64,000 bases of DNA from Octopus vulgaris (GCA_951406725.2 OX597823.1:92752001-92816000), one strand, 5' to 3'. Shown: positions 38,712-52,689, numbered from the stretch's first letter. Numbers and translations: made by a program. Notes: generated from the sequence alone by a model not told the origin.

Positions 38712-39664
38712 TAGAGACATAAATATGCATATATATATGTAAATATATATATATATACGCACACACACACACACACACATATATATATACATATATACAC
38801 ATACATAAATATCTATATATATATATATAATATATATGAATACATATATATATTATAATATATATAATAGTAATAATATATATATATATGGAGTAATGGA
38901 TGCAAACAACAATATTAGCACCAAAGCATTGATGATGTAATAACGTTATCAATACATTTTAAATAAGTTATAAGTTAAGAATATTGCAGCAGATATTGAA
39001 TTATACAACATTCAGTTATAAATATTAAATTATAGACTATAATTAAAGTTTTAACTAAGGTACACAACTTTAACTAAAAACATGATAAAACATGTGACAA
39101 GAAATAATTTGTGTTATATGAAAAATATCTTGAATATGATTTGAATGGCCGTGGTTCAACTAAAGTGGTTCCAGGAATTACAACCGTATTTCGTGGTCTG
39201 CTACCACAACAGCTCCTATATAGGATGCAGTTAGCTCAAGACATCATCAGGAGGAACCACGTCCGGTTTCGGCTCCTACTCCTCTACCGTTTTGACGTGG
39301 TGGGGGCCCTTCCTTCCGGAGGTGTCTTCAGCTCTGGTGTTGGATGCATGACTTCTTTCTTCTTCTTTCTTCTGTTAATAAATATTACTGAATCTTTGCA
39401 GGTCATTTGACTGACTGTTCCATTGTTAGTAGTAACGGAACGACTAGACAACTAAACCGTTTTTATGGGAATAAAAAATCATGGTAAATAGTGATGATTA
39501 TACGAATTGAAACAAATGTCTGCTGTGCTATACCCATTACCTTTATTGCAAACCACGTCAATACAACATTGATTTTTGTCCTGTTATCTACATTATGTAC
39601 TCCATTAGACTCAGTATTTCTACGCAGAACCGTGATGCTTATTTATCAATATTATGTATTAATA

Positions 39665-39853
39665 GAGGCAGGAGTGGGTGGGTGTGTGGTAAGAAGCTTG
39701 CTTTCCAATCACATGGTTCCGGATTCAGTCCCACTGCGTGGCATGTTGGACAAGCGTATTCTACTATATCCTCGGTCCGACCACGGCTTTGTGAGTGGAT
39801 TTGGTAGACGGAAACTGAAAGAAGCCCGTCGTATATCTAATATACATACACAC

Positions 39854-39913
<60 letters not shown>

Positions 39914-40178
39914 TAGAAGGTTTGGCGATGATGTACATATATGATGTATATATATATATGTATGCATATATGTATGTATGTGATTGTTGTTTGTCTGTGT
40001 TTGCCTCCCCACCATCGCTTGACAACCGATGTTGGTGTGTTTACCCCACCGTAACCTAGCGGTTCGGCAAAAAGAGTTCGACAGAATAAGTAATAAGCTT
40101 ACAAAGAATAGGCCCTAGTTGACTAAAGGAGGTGCTCCAGCATTGCCGCATTCAAATGACTGAGACAAGTAAAAGAGT
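39665..40178 (+). mobile_element. SINE family A
   Basis: Full head, (TA)n middle and ...aatgactgagacaagtaaaagag tail. Confidence 0.85.
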
Positions 40179-41959
40179 AATGTCACCCAGCTGCATCCGT
40201 CATCCTGCGGTGACGTTCCACAGTGAGTGATTTAAAACTAAGCCTTTTCATTCGAAATCTATCATCTGTCTGTCTCTGTCTCTGTCTCGGTATCTCTCAC
40301 TCTGTATCTGTCTCTTTTTTTTACCCTTTCTATCTCTCTCTTTCAGTCTCTTTCTTTCTCCCCCACGCTCTCTCTCTCTCTCTGTCTCACCACTTCCTAT
40401 ATCACTCAAGCTCTGCAACGTTATCACAGTTCCTTGAGGAAAGGTCAAAAATGTTGCAAAGAAAGTGTGAATGGTTGTGCGAATGAGGGATAAGGTCTGC
40501 AGATGCTACTGCTAACATTATTGACAACAATGCTACTGAGTGTGTTGATATTCTCGACAATATCGCACCGGCTACCAGTGGTGTGAGTGCACCAGTAACA
40601 GCAGTAATCGTGCTTTTTCCTTCCTGCACTTTGCATCATATCTCTTCGTAGCTGTTACTACATTAACTGTTGTTTTCTTTTGCCTTCTCTACAATTTCGG
40701 GCTTCCGTAATAAAAAAAAATACTTCTCGTTTCTAAGCTCACTATCTGACCACGTGCGTCAATAATGACGGCTTATTGTTGTATTTTATGTACAAGCAAG
40801 TTGCATAATAATCACTCATACAAACATACACATACTCCCCTTGTACACGCACACATAAAAATATTAGACATATATACTCACAGAGTTGAAACGCTGATTT
40901 TTCATCCCTTCCTTCCTTATACATCTATCACCCCTTTTTTTTCTCATTGCTGTTACTTTCTTTCACTCCCTTTCAGTCAGGGCTATTACTCTCACTACTT
41001 CTCCTTCACTGAATTACAATTTCCTCTCCTCCACGTTCGGCTTGATTCTGGACAAATATATATTTATAGAAATATATAAAACACCTCGTTCTTTATTACG
41101 TTAGATGTTCCGCTCCTCGGCTTCTAGGCATGTGTCGTTTTCTATGGCTCTGATCTCACCCACCAATGTGGAATTTGTAATGATATAATATTTGATTCGA
41201 GCGGACGAGGATATTGAACTCTGGGGTTTATGTTTAAGAAGCGAACGCCTTAACCATTCAGCCATTTTGTGCCTACACTAAGTGAATAAATCTTTCTGAA
41301 ACAGACACAAAAAAAGATGAAATACGAGTAGCTCTAATAAACTTAGTGATAATGTTTGCAGGTGCGCTGGAAAAATGGACAAAACAAAATAAAAAAATAC
41401 AACAATAGCAACAATATTAACTACACATAAAAATATATAATACAAAAGACAATAATGAAACGATTAATTGGTTAGCAGCTTTAATTATGTTTATCAAAAC
41501 AGCTTTAGAGATTGTTTTGTTTTATCTGAAATCTTTGTTGGAGCAGATAAGTAGATAAAAGCTTTCGTAATTATTCTTTTGAAAAAAAAAACCGTTAGCG
41601 CTGAATAAGATATTAAGGTCTTTTGATAAAGTGTTCGTAAGGCAAAAAGAGTGATTCATATCGCAGAATTATATTATAATAAATATTCGTGTATGTGTAT
41701 TTGTATTTAAGCGGTTATGTCTTAGTGGGTGGAACGGTGGTGTGTGGATGTGTGAGGGTGAACTGAGTTTTGTGCATGCAAACATTCTCTCCGCTCTATA
41801 TGGATATTCCTCGTCTTTGATAACATGTAATTTGATGCACACGCGTTCTTATACAAGCATACATTTGTAGAAAAAAAACACATACATACATGTACACAAA
41901 CTAACATATGCACGCAAAAGAATTTTACACAAAAAACATACATGCACACTGAGAGGAAG

Positions 41960-41965
41960 ATAGAC

Positions 41966-41996
<31 letters not shown>

Positions 41997-42032
41997 TAGC
42001 TAGCTAGCTAGCTAGCTAGCTAGCTAGCTAGC

Positions 42033-42123
<91 letters not shown>

Positions 42124-42141
42124 GGAGATAGATAGATAAAT

Positions 42142-42172
<31 letters not shown>

Positions 42173-42187
42173 TAGATAGATAGATAT

Positions 42188-42241
<54 letters not shown>

Positions 42242-42278
42242 TGATAGATAGATAGATAGATAGATAGATAGAGAGAGC

Positions 42279-42311
<33 letters not shown>

Positions 42312-42338
42312 TGATAGGGAGAGATAGATAGAGATATT

Positions 42339-42425
<87 letters not shown>

Positions 42426-42440
42426 CGATAGATAGATAGA
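41960..42440. repeat. Compound (GACA)/(TAGC)/(GATA)n microsatellite
   Basis: Direct reading. Confidence 0.95.
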
Positions 42441-42648
42441 AAGAAAATTGCCGGCATATATATTATATTGTAAGAATAAAATTCCCTTTTAGTGTGAGAG
42501 TGTGTGTAGTATTGTTGGGTTTTATGTATTTGGGTCTTTATATAGGTGCGTGTATGTGTGTGTTTGCTTGAATACATTTGTCTTGTATTAATATATACAG
42601 GTACATATATCTTTATGCATATGTGTGTGTGTGCGTATGTGTATGTGC

Positions 42649-42685
<37 letters not shown>

Positions 42686-43269
42686 TAAATATATATATAT
42701 GCACATATAACAATATCATGTGTGTGTGTGCGTGTGTGTAGGTGAATATATGATTATGTATAAAATCACTCACTCTTGATTCTGTTTATTTTTTTGTTGT
42801 TAGAAATTCAGTGAATATTCTACGAAATCTGTAATTTATATTATCTCTAAACCTTAACCCTTAAAAGCACACGGCATTTACTTTAACGTTGATTTATTCA
42901 GGTATAGTTTGTAATATGCGCCTTTGATGTCAATCTTGAAACAAGTAGCGAAAACCCAGTATAATAGAGCTTTACTGCTTTCTAAACTATTAACAACGAA
43001 CATTGTAAAGTTATGTTCTCTCCTACGCTCACCAAAGTTAAGTTACTTGTTATGGATTCCATATAAGTTGGCACTAGAATATGCAACATTCTGAAATAAA
43101 ATATGAAAGAGATTTATGTTGGTAAATATAAGTTTGAGAATGGTTCTTCTATCAATGAATTCTATAGATTTCTATGTCAGTAACGAAATTTTTAGCGACT
43201 AATTATTCCAGCCTGATGTATAATAAGTGTTTTCCTTATTTTTAAACAGCTCTACCATATTCCTGAGGT

Positions 43270-44230
43270 CTAATAATTCTTTTGATTACACTTCAGTGGA
43301 AACCTTCCAATATGGGTGTAAGATATCGGCAGGTGTGCGTAGTGTCACCTGTGGTTTTTTTGTCATAATTTTAGGAACTCGGTTGGCATGTGCAGTCATT
43401 GTGAAAGTAGTATCGCAATTGGTAATGAATCGGCAGGCTGATATTTGCAAACAACATGGTGCTACTTAATTCATCAGCTGGTGATCTCTAACATGCATTG
43501 AACGGGTTCGCTCCCGAGTGGTGTAAGGCGGGGCTGGAAATTGCTGTTTCGATGACTGAGACATTGACCATCTCAATAATGTCTTCCCAGTGCATTCTGC
43601 ATTTTAGCGGAACATCATTGAAACAAGTGGTGAAATTTAAGTATTTTGGGTGGCACTCACGAATGATGGGGAGTAAGTGGCTGAATTCCATGCTAGAATT
43701 TCAGGTGATTGACACCTCATAAGAGGTGAGCGTGGCATAAATGTCAAAATTGCTTTCTTCGGCTTTCATTATCGTCACCTGCTGATAATGAACATTTTTT
43801 GTAATGAGAAGATACAATCACGAAGACAAGGAGATGAAATGGCGCTCTCGCGAAGGATTTCTAGAGTAACGTTATTCAAGAGATTGCGTAGTTAGGAGAT
43901 GGGAGATCGGGATGTCACTCCAAGATGAGTATTTCTTTGCATTAAGTGGACAGAATTGCAGAACTAGGAACATGTGTTTAGAATGTCGCTGGAAAGAAGT
44001 GCTAAATAAATTATTCAAACTAAGCCAACTAGTAAAAGACCAATGGGTAGACCAAGGACGAAATGGTTGCATAATAATCATAGTCACAGCTGGTTACATT
44101 GGAAATCCAGCAAGGAAATCTAATGATGGTTACTTGTTATAGGATCCCGTCGAAGTGATGCTCGAGGACTCGACGCCAGATATAGTGGACGGATGGATGG
44201 ACGGATGGATGAGGGTGGATGGATAGATTG
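43270..44230 (+). mobile_element. Degraded RTE-clade LINE 3' part with (GGAT)n tail
   Basis: GVRYRQVCVVSP (GVRQGCVLSP-like), FANNMVLL (FADD-like), LKQVVKFKYFG, KRPMGRPRTKW, then ggatggatgg. Confidence 0.75.
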
Positions 44231-44661
44231 ACGATGGAAGCTTAAGACTGAAGCAAGAGGAAATTCTAATGTTTGATGCATTATCATCGAGATACGTACA
44301 ATCCTAATTGTGTTTTATGTGTATATATGCATATGTATATGTGTATATGTGTATAGCCACACATGTGTGCGTCTGTGTATATATTTCTGTGTCCCATTAT
44401 TTGGCTTCGGTCCTGAGTATATTCACATGCTATAAAGAATAATTTGTTAATAATGATAAACAAGTGTGAAGGGCAACATGGAGAAAAGCACAATAATATA
44501 TTTGGTGCTGCTTCATACATATAAAAATATTACTCAACATATTTGAGACTAATTAAAGAAATATTTAAAACGATCGTACTGATTATCCCAAAATTTTAAC
44601 TTTTATACACAAACACACACAGACACACACACATACACACACACACACAAACACACACAGA

Positions 44662-44692
<31 letters not shown>

Positions 44693-45419
44693 TCACACAC
44701 TCACACACGCATACACAAGCACACATATGATGATGGCCTCATCTTTGCAGATGGTAGCTGTCTCACGTTCAGCCTTACCATTCTGATTTACTTTCATCGT
44801 TACTTTTGTGCAGATATGACTTTTCGCCTTGCATCCATTGCAATAGGACTTTTTAAGATACAAAACAGATCAGGAAATGAAGTTCTAGAGAGACGTCCGA
44901 ACGCCATTGGAATTAAATGGTCAACAACGTGTAAAAAAATTATTCTGACACACTCAGTCCACACAATTGGTTCCAGTGAAAAGCATCGCTAGATTACTGG
45001 CACTATTTTGACAGAGTATTTTTCTCCACAGATATTTGATTTCCTCATGGCTTTCAAAAGCGACAGGAGCATTTTCTACTCCTGGGAAATCTAGTGAATC
45101 CGAAGATGAGATCTTGACAGGCACTGCCGTACCGATCCACAAAGGATCTGGGAATAATGTTATTTAAGAGATGACTCCACACTCCCTGCAACTCCAGACC
45201 TCCCGAACTGGAGTCGCACCACCGCATACAAGTTAATATCACGTCAAAGACATACATGCATATAATAATAATAAATATGTATGTGCGTGTGTATGTATAT
45301 ATAAGTATGCATGCGTATGTCTTTGCAAATGTCAAAATATGGGAGTATGTAGGAACACGTTCTCTCTCACTGACTCTCTGGTTGTCTATCTGTATCTCTG
45401 TATACATCCATACACACAC

Positions 45420-45794
<375 letters not shown>

Positions 45795-46737
45795 CTAGGT
45801 GCTTTGTATGAAATTATTGACAACTTTGTTTTTTTATGACGCAGGTAACCTCATCCGCATTACGACTTTATTCCTAGAATTGGTGTTGTTCGGAGAATTC
45901 CCATTCGGATATAATTTTCGTTAACTACAAAAGGATTTTCTTTAGTCGTAAATGATACGTGAGCCATTGCGTGGGGTTTTGTGCACGAACATCTCGGTTG
46001 CATGACAGTTTCACGTGGGCAATGATTGCAGAGGTTGGGCGAAAGCTGAAAAGATGCAAAGCAAGGCTAATCTGGTGGATGTGCAATGTTAGGGAGCATA
46101 AACGGTAATACACGGATTAAGAGAATATTTGCTTATATGAGAAATGAAAGCACACAGGGGCCACATTTACACCCGTATACAGTGACATATTCGACCTACG
46201 CATGCTCGAACCAAAGATCACAGGCGCATGCACACACACACAAAATCACGTGTTCATAAGGATATGCGAATGAATCAGAAAGATACACACACACACACAC
46301 ACACACACTCACATACACATAACACTACATATCGCATATGGACGCATGAAATACATACATGCGCACACAGAACCACATACATTTCATACCAATGCAACGA
46401 AATGCTCAAACTGAAGCACTTCGTGCACAGTAAATAATACGCAAACAAACCCATATATACACACTCGTGTATGGACATATAAGCACATAGGAACCAAATA
46501 CAGATTCACAATCACAGAGACACAGAAATCGCCAGATACACACGCAAAACTAGATTGGATCATCGCATTAACCATACAGTTCTGTATATGCAAACCAAAG
46601 ACGAACGCATACACACATACACAAAGAAATTTTGGCTTTATACATCTATATACGCGTGTAAACATAAGATTCTCAATATACACACCAACGCTAAATGAAA
46701 CACAAACACGCTGTGACAGAATACCAACACACTCACA

Positions 46738-46789
<52 letters not shown>

Positions 46790-46790
46790 T

Positions 46791-47065
46791 ATATAATCTG
46801 TGACAATTAGTTGGTTATCATAATAAAACTCAGAGATGGGGATACCGGGGCTGAAAACTGCTCCGGCATCTCATCAGTTATTAAGACAAAGCTCTATTTA
46901 TATGAAATCATATATCATTAGAATAAGAAATATTTTATAGAAAAACGGAAAACTAGCTCCACTTTAGAATTTTGGCTTAATAAATGATGAGACACTTGAG
47001 CAGATTTCCAGGATCAGAAACTCTCAGTTTTATTATAACAACCAACTAATTGTCACATATTATAT
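46791..47065. mobile_element. Inverted pair of degenerate HHR pLTRs
   Basis: Arms at about 46791-46897 and 46964-47065. The minus HHR (46822-46882) keeps CUGAUGA but lost GAAA; the plus HHR (46979-47034) has AUGAUGA and keeps GAAA. Confidence 0.7.
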
Positions 47066-47222
47066 TTATAGATAAATTCCTCTATTTTCCATATCGAGGT
47101 CACAATCATTCTTTTGTTGTCATACCATTACTATTAATATATTTATATCTATATATATGTGTGTGCGTGTGTGTGTGGACGAGTGAGTGGACAAACAAAA
47201 GAAGGTACACAACAAATATATT

Positions 47223-47360
47223 GGGATTAACATGTATAGATCAAAACAGTTCAAATTCGTTGGTACTATTGAGTTTCAAGCGTGACGACCAGCTTCACGC
47301 TCGGAACACAAGAGTACCAACGAATTTGAATCAAACTGTTTTGATCTATATGTAGATTCC
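47223..47360. repeat. Inverted repeat, about 60-bp arms
   Basis: tatagatcaaaacagtt.caaattcgttggtact...gcgtga / tcacgc...agtaccaacgaatttga...aactgttttgatctata. Confidence 0.85.
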
Positions 47361-47364
47361 TCTG

Positions 47365-47594
47365 CAAAGGAATTTTATTTAATTCCTTATTCAGGAAGGA
47401 CCAGTCCGGCGGTTCGTGTTCTGTCCTTACATTCGAAACACGCATGGAGTCGAACCGGGGACAGCTGATGAAGGGGAATGTTCCTTGTGGTGTTTGTCTT
47501 CTGCTCTGTTTTTTCGTTGTTAAAAAAAGTCCGTTTCCATGTTTTTATGTTTTCGTTTCTCGTTGAGTTCTACGTCTATTTGTGGTGTCCTGTA

Positions 47595-47692
<98 letters not shown>

Positions 47693-47931
47693 TGTATATA
47701 TACATGTAGGTACGTACATATATGTATGTATGTATGCATATATTTTATTTATTAAATTATTGTATGACTGAGCGCCCTCGCGTCGTTTCGCTTCTTTTCT
47801 TTCTCCAAGTTTTTATATATAATTATGACGCGAAACTCTGTAACCCTTTGCTTGGCCTCTCCTTCCTTACTGTCTGTCTTCCTCTTTGCCTGTCTCTGTC
47901 CTTATTTTTCACACTTTCTGGATTCCTTTCC

Positions 47932-47971
<40 letters not shown>

Positions 47972-48472
47972 ACTCCTCCTCATCTCTCTCCCTGCCGAGT
48001 CGACCAACTTCATTTCACTCCAGCCTTCTGCAAGTCAACACGACTTTTATCCTTGCGCTCTGAATTTTCCCTTCGTCTAGGCTTAAAAAAGGCCCTCAAT
48101 GTTGGTTTCTTAGTCCTGTTTTTATTCTTTATGTGTACTGCATTTTTTTGAATTTGTATTTTAATTTTGTATTTGTATTTTTATTTGTATTGCATTTACC
48201 TCCTGTTCTTGTCACATTTTTTTCTTTCCTTGTTTTTACCCCTCAGTAAAGGAATTCTATTTAATTCATTCGCAGGAAGGACCGATCCGTGGGGTCGTGT
48301 TCTGTCCTTACCTTCGAAAGACGCATGGAGTCGAACCGGAGACAGCTGATGAAGGGGAATGTTCATTGTGTTGTTTGTCTTGTGCTCTGTTTTTTCGTTG
48401 TTAAAAAAGTCCGTTTCCATGTTTTTGTTTTCGTTTCTCGTCGAGTTCTACGTCTATTTGTGGTGTCCTCTA

Positions 48473-48525
<53 letters not shown>

Positions 48526-48652
48526 CATGTATATATACATGTAGATGTAGGTACGTACATATATGTATGTTTGTATGCATATATTTTGTTTATTAAATTA
48601 TTGTATGACTGAGCGCCCTCGCGTCGTTTCGTTTCTTTTCTTTTCTCTAAGT
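47365..48652 (+). mobile_element. Non-autonomous element with about 430-bp direct terminal repeats (partial-tandem pLTR-like)
   Basis: About 47365-47812 repeats at about 48248-48652 (aaaggaatt...gacagctgatgaagggg...cgcgtcgtttcg) around a CT-rich internal segment. Related fragments lie at about 4145 and 7170. Confidence 0.7.
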
Positions 48653-48662
48653 AAGGTTTTCT

Positions 48663-48753
<91 letters not shown>

Positions 48754-48755
48754 CC

Positions 48756-48786
<31 letters not shown>

Positions 48787-48790
<4 letters not shown>

Positions 48791-49838
48791 ATACTCTAAA
48801 AGAGACAAAGACAGTAACTGCTCGATAACATAAGGGACTAAAGCCATCTGAATATGGCTAGGGACAGGGCAAGGTGGTGGGGGTGTTACTGTTGCATTTA
48901 GCCCCAGGCGAACATCGACGTCGCTAGATAGGCTTGACACCGTCACGGTGTCCTTTAACCTGCAAAGGGAGATAATTTCCCGATGAAGCGGAAACCACAC
49001 ACGGACCATGGTTTCAAGGTGTATTGCCTATCGTCAACGTGTGGTAGGCCTCCACTTCCTCGACGAAATCTCAATCTGCAGGTTATTCATATATAGATTT
49101 TCAAGCAAAAAACATTTGCTGATTTCGAAAATCTGTTCGACAGCAATAATAATTCTCTAAAAGAGAGATAGACAGTAACTGCTCGATAACATAAGGGACT
49201 AAAGCCATCTGAATATGGCTAGGGACAGGGCAGGGTGGTGGGGGTGTTACTGTTGCATTTAGCCCCAGGCGAACATCGACGTCGCTAGATAGGCTTGACA
49301 CCGTCACGGTGTCCTTTAACCTGCAAAGGGAGATAATTCCCCGATGAAGCGGAAACCACACACGGACCATGGTTTCAAGGTGTATTGCCTATCGTCAACG
49401 TGTGGTAGGCCTCCGCTTCCTCGACGAACACTCACTCTGCAGGTTATTCATATATAGATTTTCAAGCAAAATACATTTGCTGATTTCGAAAATCTGTTCG
49501 ACAGAGAGAATTATTATTGCTGTCGAACAGATTTTCGAAATCAGCAAATGTATTTTGCTTGAAAATCTATATATGAATAACCTGCAGAGTGAGATTTCGT
49601 CGAGGAAGCGGAGGCCTACCACACGTTGACGATAGGCAATACACCTTGAAACCATGGTCCGTGTGTGGTATCCGCTTCATCGGGGAATTATCTCCCTTTG
49701 CAGGTTAAAGGACACCGTGACGGTGTCAAGCCTATCTAGCGACGTCGATGTTCGCCTGGGGCTAAATGCAACAGTAACACCCCCACCACCCTGCCCTGTC
49801 CCTAGCCATATTCAGATGGCTTTAGTCCCTTATGTTAT
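48787..49838. repeat. 361-bp unit: two direct copies plus one inverted copy, inserted in (TA)n
   Basis: gacagtaactg at 48810 and 49171 gives a period of 361. The inverted copy spans 49505-49838. The copies differ by a few substitutions. Confidence 0.92.
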
Positions 49839-49865
49839 ATATATATATATATATACACATATACA

Positions 49866-49903
<38 letters not shown>

Positions 49904-50249
49904 CATATATATATATATATTGGAAGGTTTGGAGATGATGTACAGGGTATTATATATTAGAAGAAATGAGGTAATCAGAAGATTGGATGGTTTGTATTTA
50001 CAGATAGTTATTTATTTATATATTACATATTTTACATATATATCATATCACTTAGTTCATTAGCGCTTTCTCCCATTCTAGTGGGGTTTTCAAATGAAAA
50101 TAAGTTCCTTTGCTGGCGATTTTAATCATTTTATAATTTCTGGTTGTGGTGGGGAGGAATGTAAGACAGTACAAGAGGGTGATGCGGATGAGGAGAAAGT
50201 AAGAGGGAGAACATGTGTGTATGTGTGTGTGCGTGTGCGTATGTGTGTG

Positions 50250-50915
50250 TGTTTCCGGTCCAGAGAACAAGGTGTCGTCAAACCACTTTTCTCCTACTTT
50301 GTACGGCCACACCTCGAATACTGCTGCCCACTGTCGTCTCCCATACAAGACAAAATATCTCGAAAATTGAATCACCGCAGAGGGCACTCACTAAACGAAT
50401 TAAGGCATGGCTGCTCTCGATTATTGGGACCGCTTTAAAGCCTTGAAACTCTACTCTCTCCAGCGTCGCCGTGAGCGGTACATCATTTGTACGATGTGGA
50501 GAATATACCGCCAACTTTGCCCAAACGACCTGAACATTAGCTTCGAGGTTCATCCAAGACTGGGACCACGGGCCATACGTCCCCTGCCCAATTCAAGATC
50601 ACAGCATACATGTGCACTGCAACATAATTTCTTTTCCTCAACAGGCCCTGCCCTATTTAACATTGTCCCGAAAGAGATCAAAGAGGAAAAGGATCCCATC
50701 AACTTTAAACGGAGTCTGGATAGATTCCTTCAAGGAATACCAGATAAGCCACCCATAATTGGATACAACTGACGCAACAAAAACTCACTACTTGAATGGA
50801 CCATAAACAAAACTTGACTGAAACAGGATTTAGATAATCCTATCAGGTGGTGCTATTAAGTTAGACATGGCCTGGACCAATCCTTGGTCGAAACATATCT
50901 AAGTTTTATCAAAGT
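50250..50915 (+). mobile_element. CR1-clade LINE 3' fragment
   Basis: FRSR....PLF..FVRPHLEYCC, IESPQRALTKRI, YWDRFKALKLYSLQRRRERY, FKRSLDRFLQGIPDKP, followed by a 3' stem-loop. Confidence 0.85.
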
Positions 50916-52045
50916 TTTTATGTATGTATATGTATATATACATATATATTTATATATAAACATATATATATCATTAAGATTCAGTTGAATTAGGTTCTTA
51001 AAGATGAGGTGGTTTATTACTTATTTGCTCTCTCTGTATGTTTGTTTATGTGTATGTAGATAGAGAGAAAGATACATACATACAAAAATACATACGAATA
51101 ACATGTTCAGTTATTGTTGCTCACAGTTATCTCCCCTGTTGCTCACGTAGGAATAAAACCCTTTCGTTCCCATTCACCTTCATTCGTTCAAATTTCTCCC
51201 TTCCTCAACATGGCGTGACGTAGACAAAACTTAAAATATATCTGTCCTTACGGAAATTCATCTTCCAGACTTTCGCAAGATGGCTTGGCACAGGCAAGAA
51301 TTTAAAACACATCTCGTCTTAGCAATCATGATTTACTTATAATTTTTGCTTCTTTGTGTATTTTGCTTTGTCTTATATTTTTTGAAAACCTTCTGCACAA
51401 AACATTAAAGATACGCTTAATACTTTCTCTCTCACGATGGTTCAACAATGAAAATTACACGCCATTTTTATCTATAGAATTACATTATTATTTTTGCGAT
51501 CACATATTCAATCACACACAAACACACATACACACACATAAACACAAACACACACAAACATGCTAGCACACATACAACTACACAAAGACATAAATATACC
51601 ATCTATTGTAACCTTTCTGAGTATCTTTAGCATCCATAAAAATCGAGAAACAACGTTTGCTTGTAACAAACGGATTTTACGGAATTTTACTTAGCTGAAA
51701 TTTATGGGATCATCTCGTTTTATCCCGGAATTATTTCCTATCCAAGAACTGTAAATATCTTTTAACAAAAAACAACGAAGCGTCTAGTGATGTGTTTTTC
51801 CATGTGCAAGGATGGTTTGCATGTTATATAACATAGAGCATAAGTTTTAATTAATTGTATATAATAAACTGTTTCTTTCGTTGCTTTAAAACAACATGAT
51901 GGAAAATCGCTAGGCGTTTAATTCTGCATTTGCATATTGCACTTAAGGGTCTCTAAAGCAAACTGTTCTAAAGTGGAGCTAGGTTTCTGTTTTTTTCTAT
52001 AAAATATTTATTATTCTAATGATATATGATTTTATACAAACATAT

Positions 52046-52104
<59 letters not shown>

Positions 52105-52689
52105 AACATACAAGCGTTTATATATGTATATATATATATATATATACATACATAGATGTAACTATTTATATATGTATTGCCATGCATATATCATTTATAC
52201 ATATATTTATATATATATATATAGATATATATATATACATATAAACACATATATTATTATATGTAATTGTATATATATATATGTGTGCGTGTGTGTGTGT
52301 GTATGTGTGTGAATATGTATGCATTTAGTTGTAAGTGTGTATGGATGCGTATGTGTAACGTTTGCTGAGGTATTTCTATAAAACCCTGCTTTGAAGTTAT
52401 GCATTCTAGCAAATAGTTATAACAAGTGATGCATTTCAGGTAGTTAGAACAACATGCCATTATAGGGGTTCTCAAACTGTAATTATCTTATTCCATCCAG
52501 AGAAAATTTTGCGGAGTTAATGGAGGGTTGAAGTATAATTTCATGCTTACACAGAAAGTATAATGCAGATACAACAATTTTGCTTGCATTTTTAGAAATG
52601 TTTGTATGTACTCAAAAACTGTGGCTCTCTATCTTTTACGACGACAAGGTTTTCAGTTGACATGATGAAAGGAACACCATGCTGGTGAA

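Noticed and set aside
40503-40586. Plus-strand 27-aa signal-peptide-like ORF MLLLTLLTTMLLSVLIFST...
   Set aside because: It is short, the donor context T|gtgagt is weak, and I found no downstream exon.
44730-45215. Unique-looking stretch with a KDLGI motif, possibly an old CR1 remnant; similar unexplained stretches at 60.0-60.5 and 61.0-61.5 kb
   Set aside because: Only isolated short motifs and no consistent frame.
49101-49938. Mirror-image 84-94 aa ORFs on both strands, which could suggest a toxin/antisense pair
   Set aside because: They follow directly from the tandem plus inverted repeat, contain no recognisable domain, and end in microsatellite.
50860-50905. HHR-like fold ttaga..gacca/tggtc GAAA cata tctaa at the CR1 3' end
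   Set aside because: It lacks the CUGANGA core and is better read as the LINE 3' recognition stem-loop.
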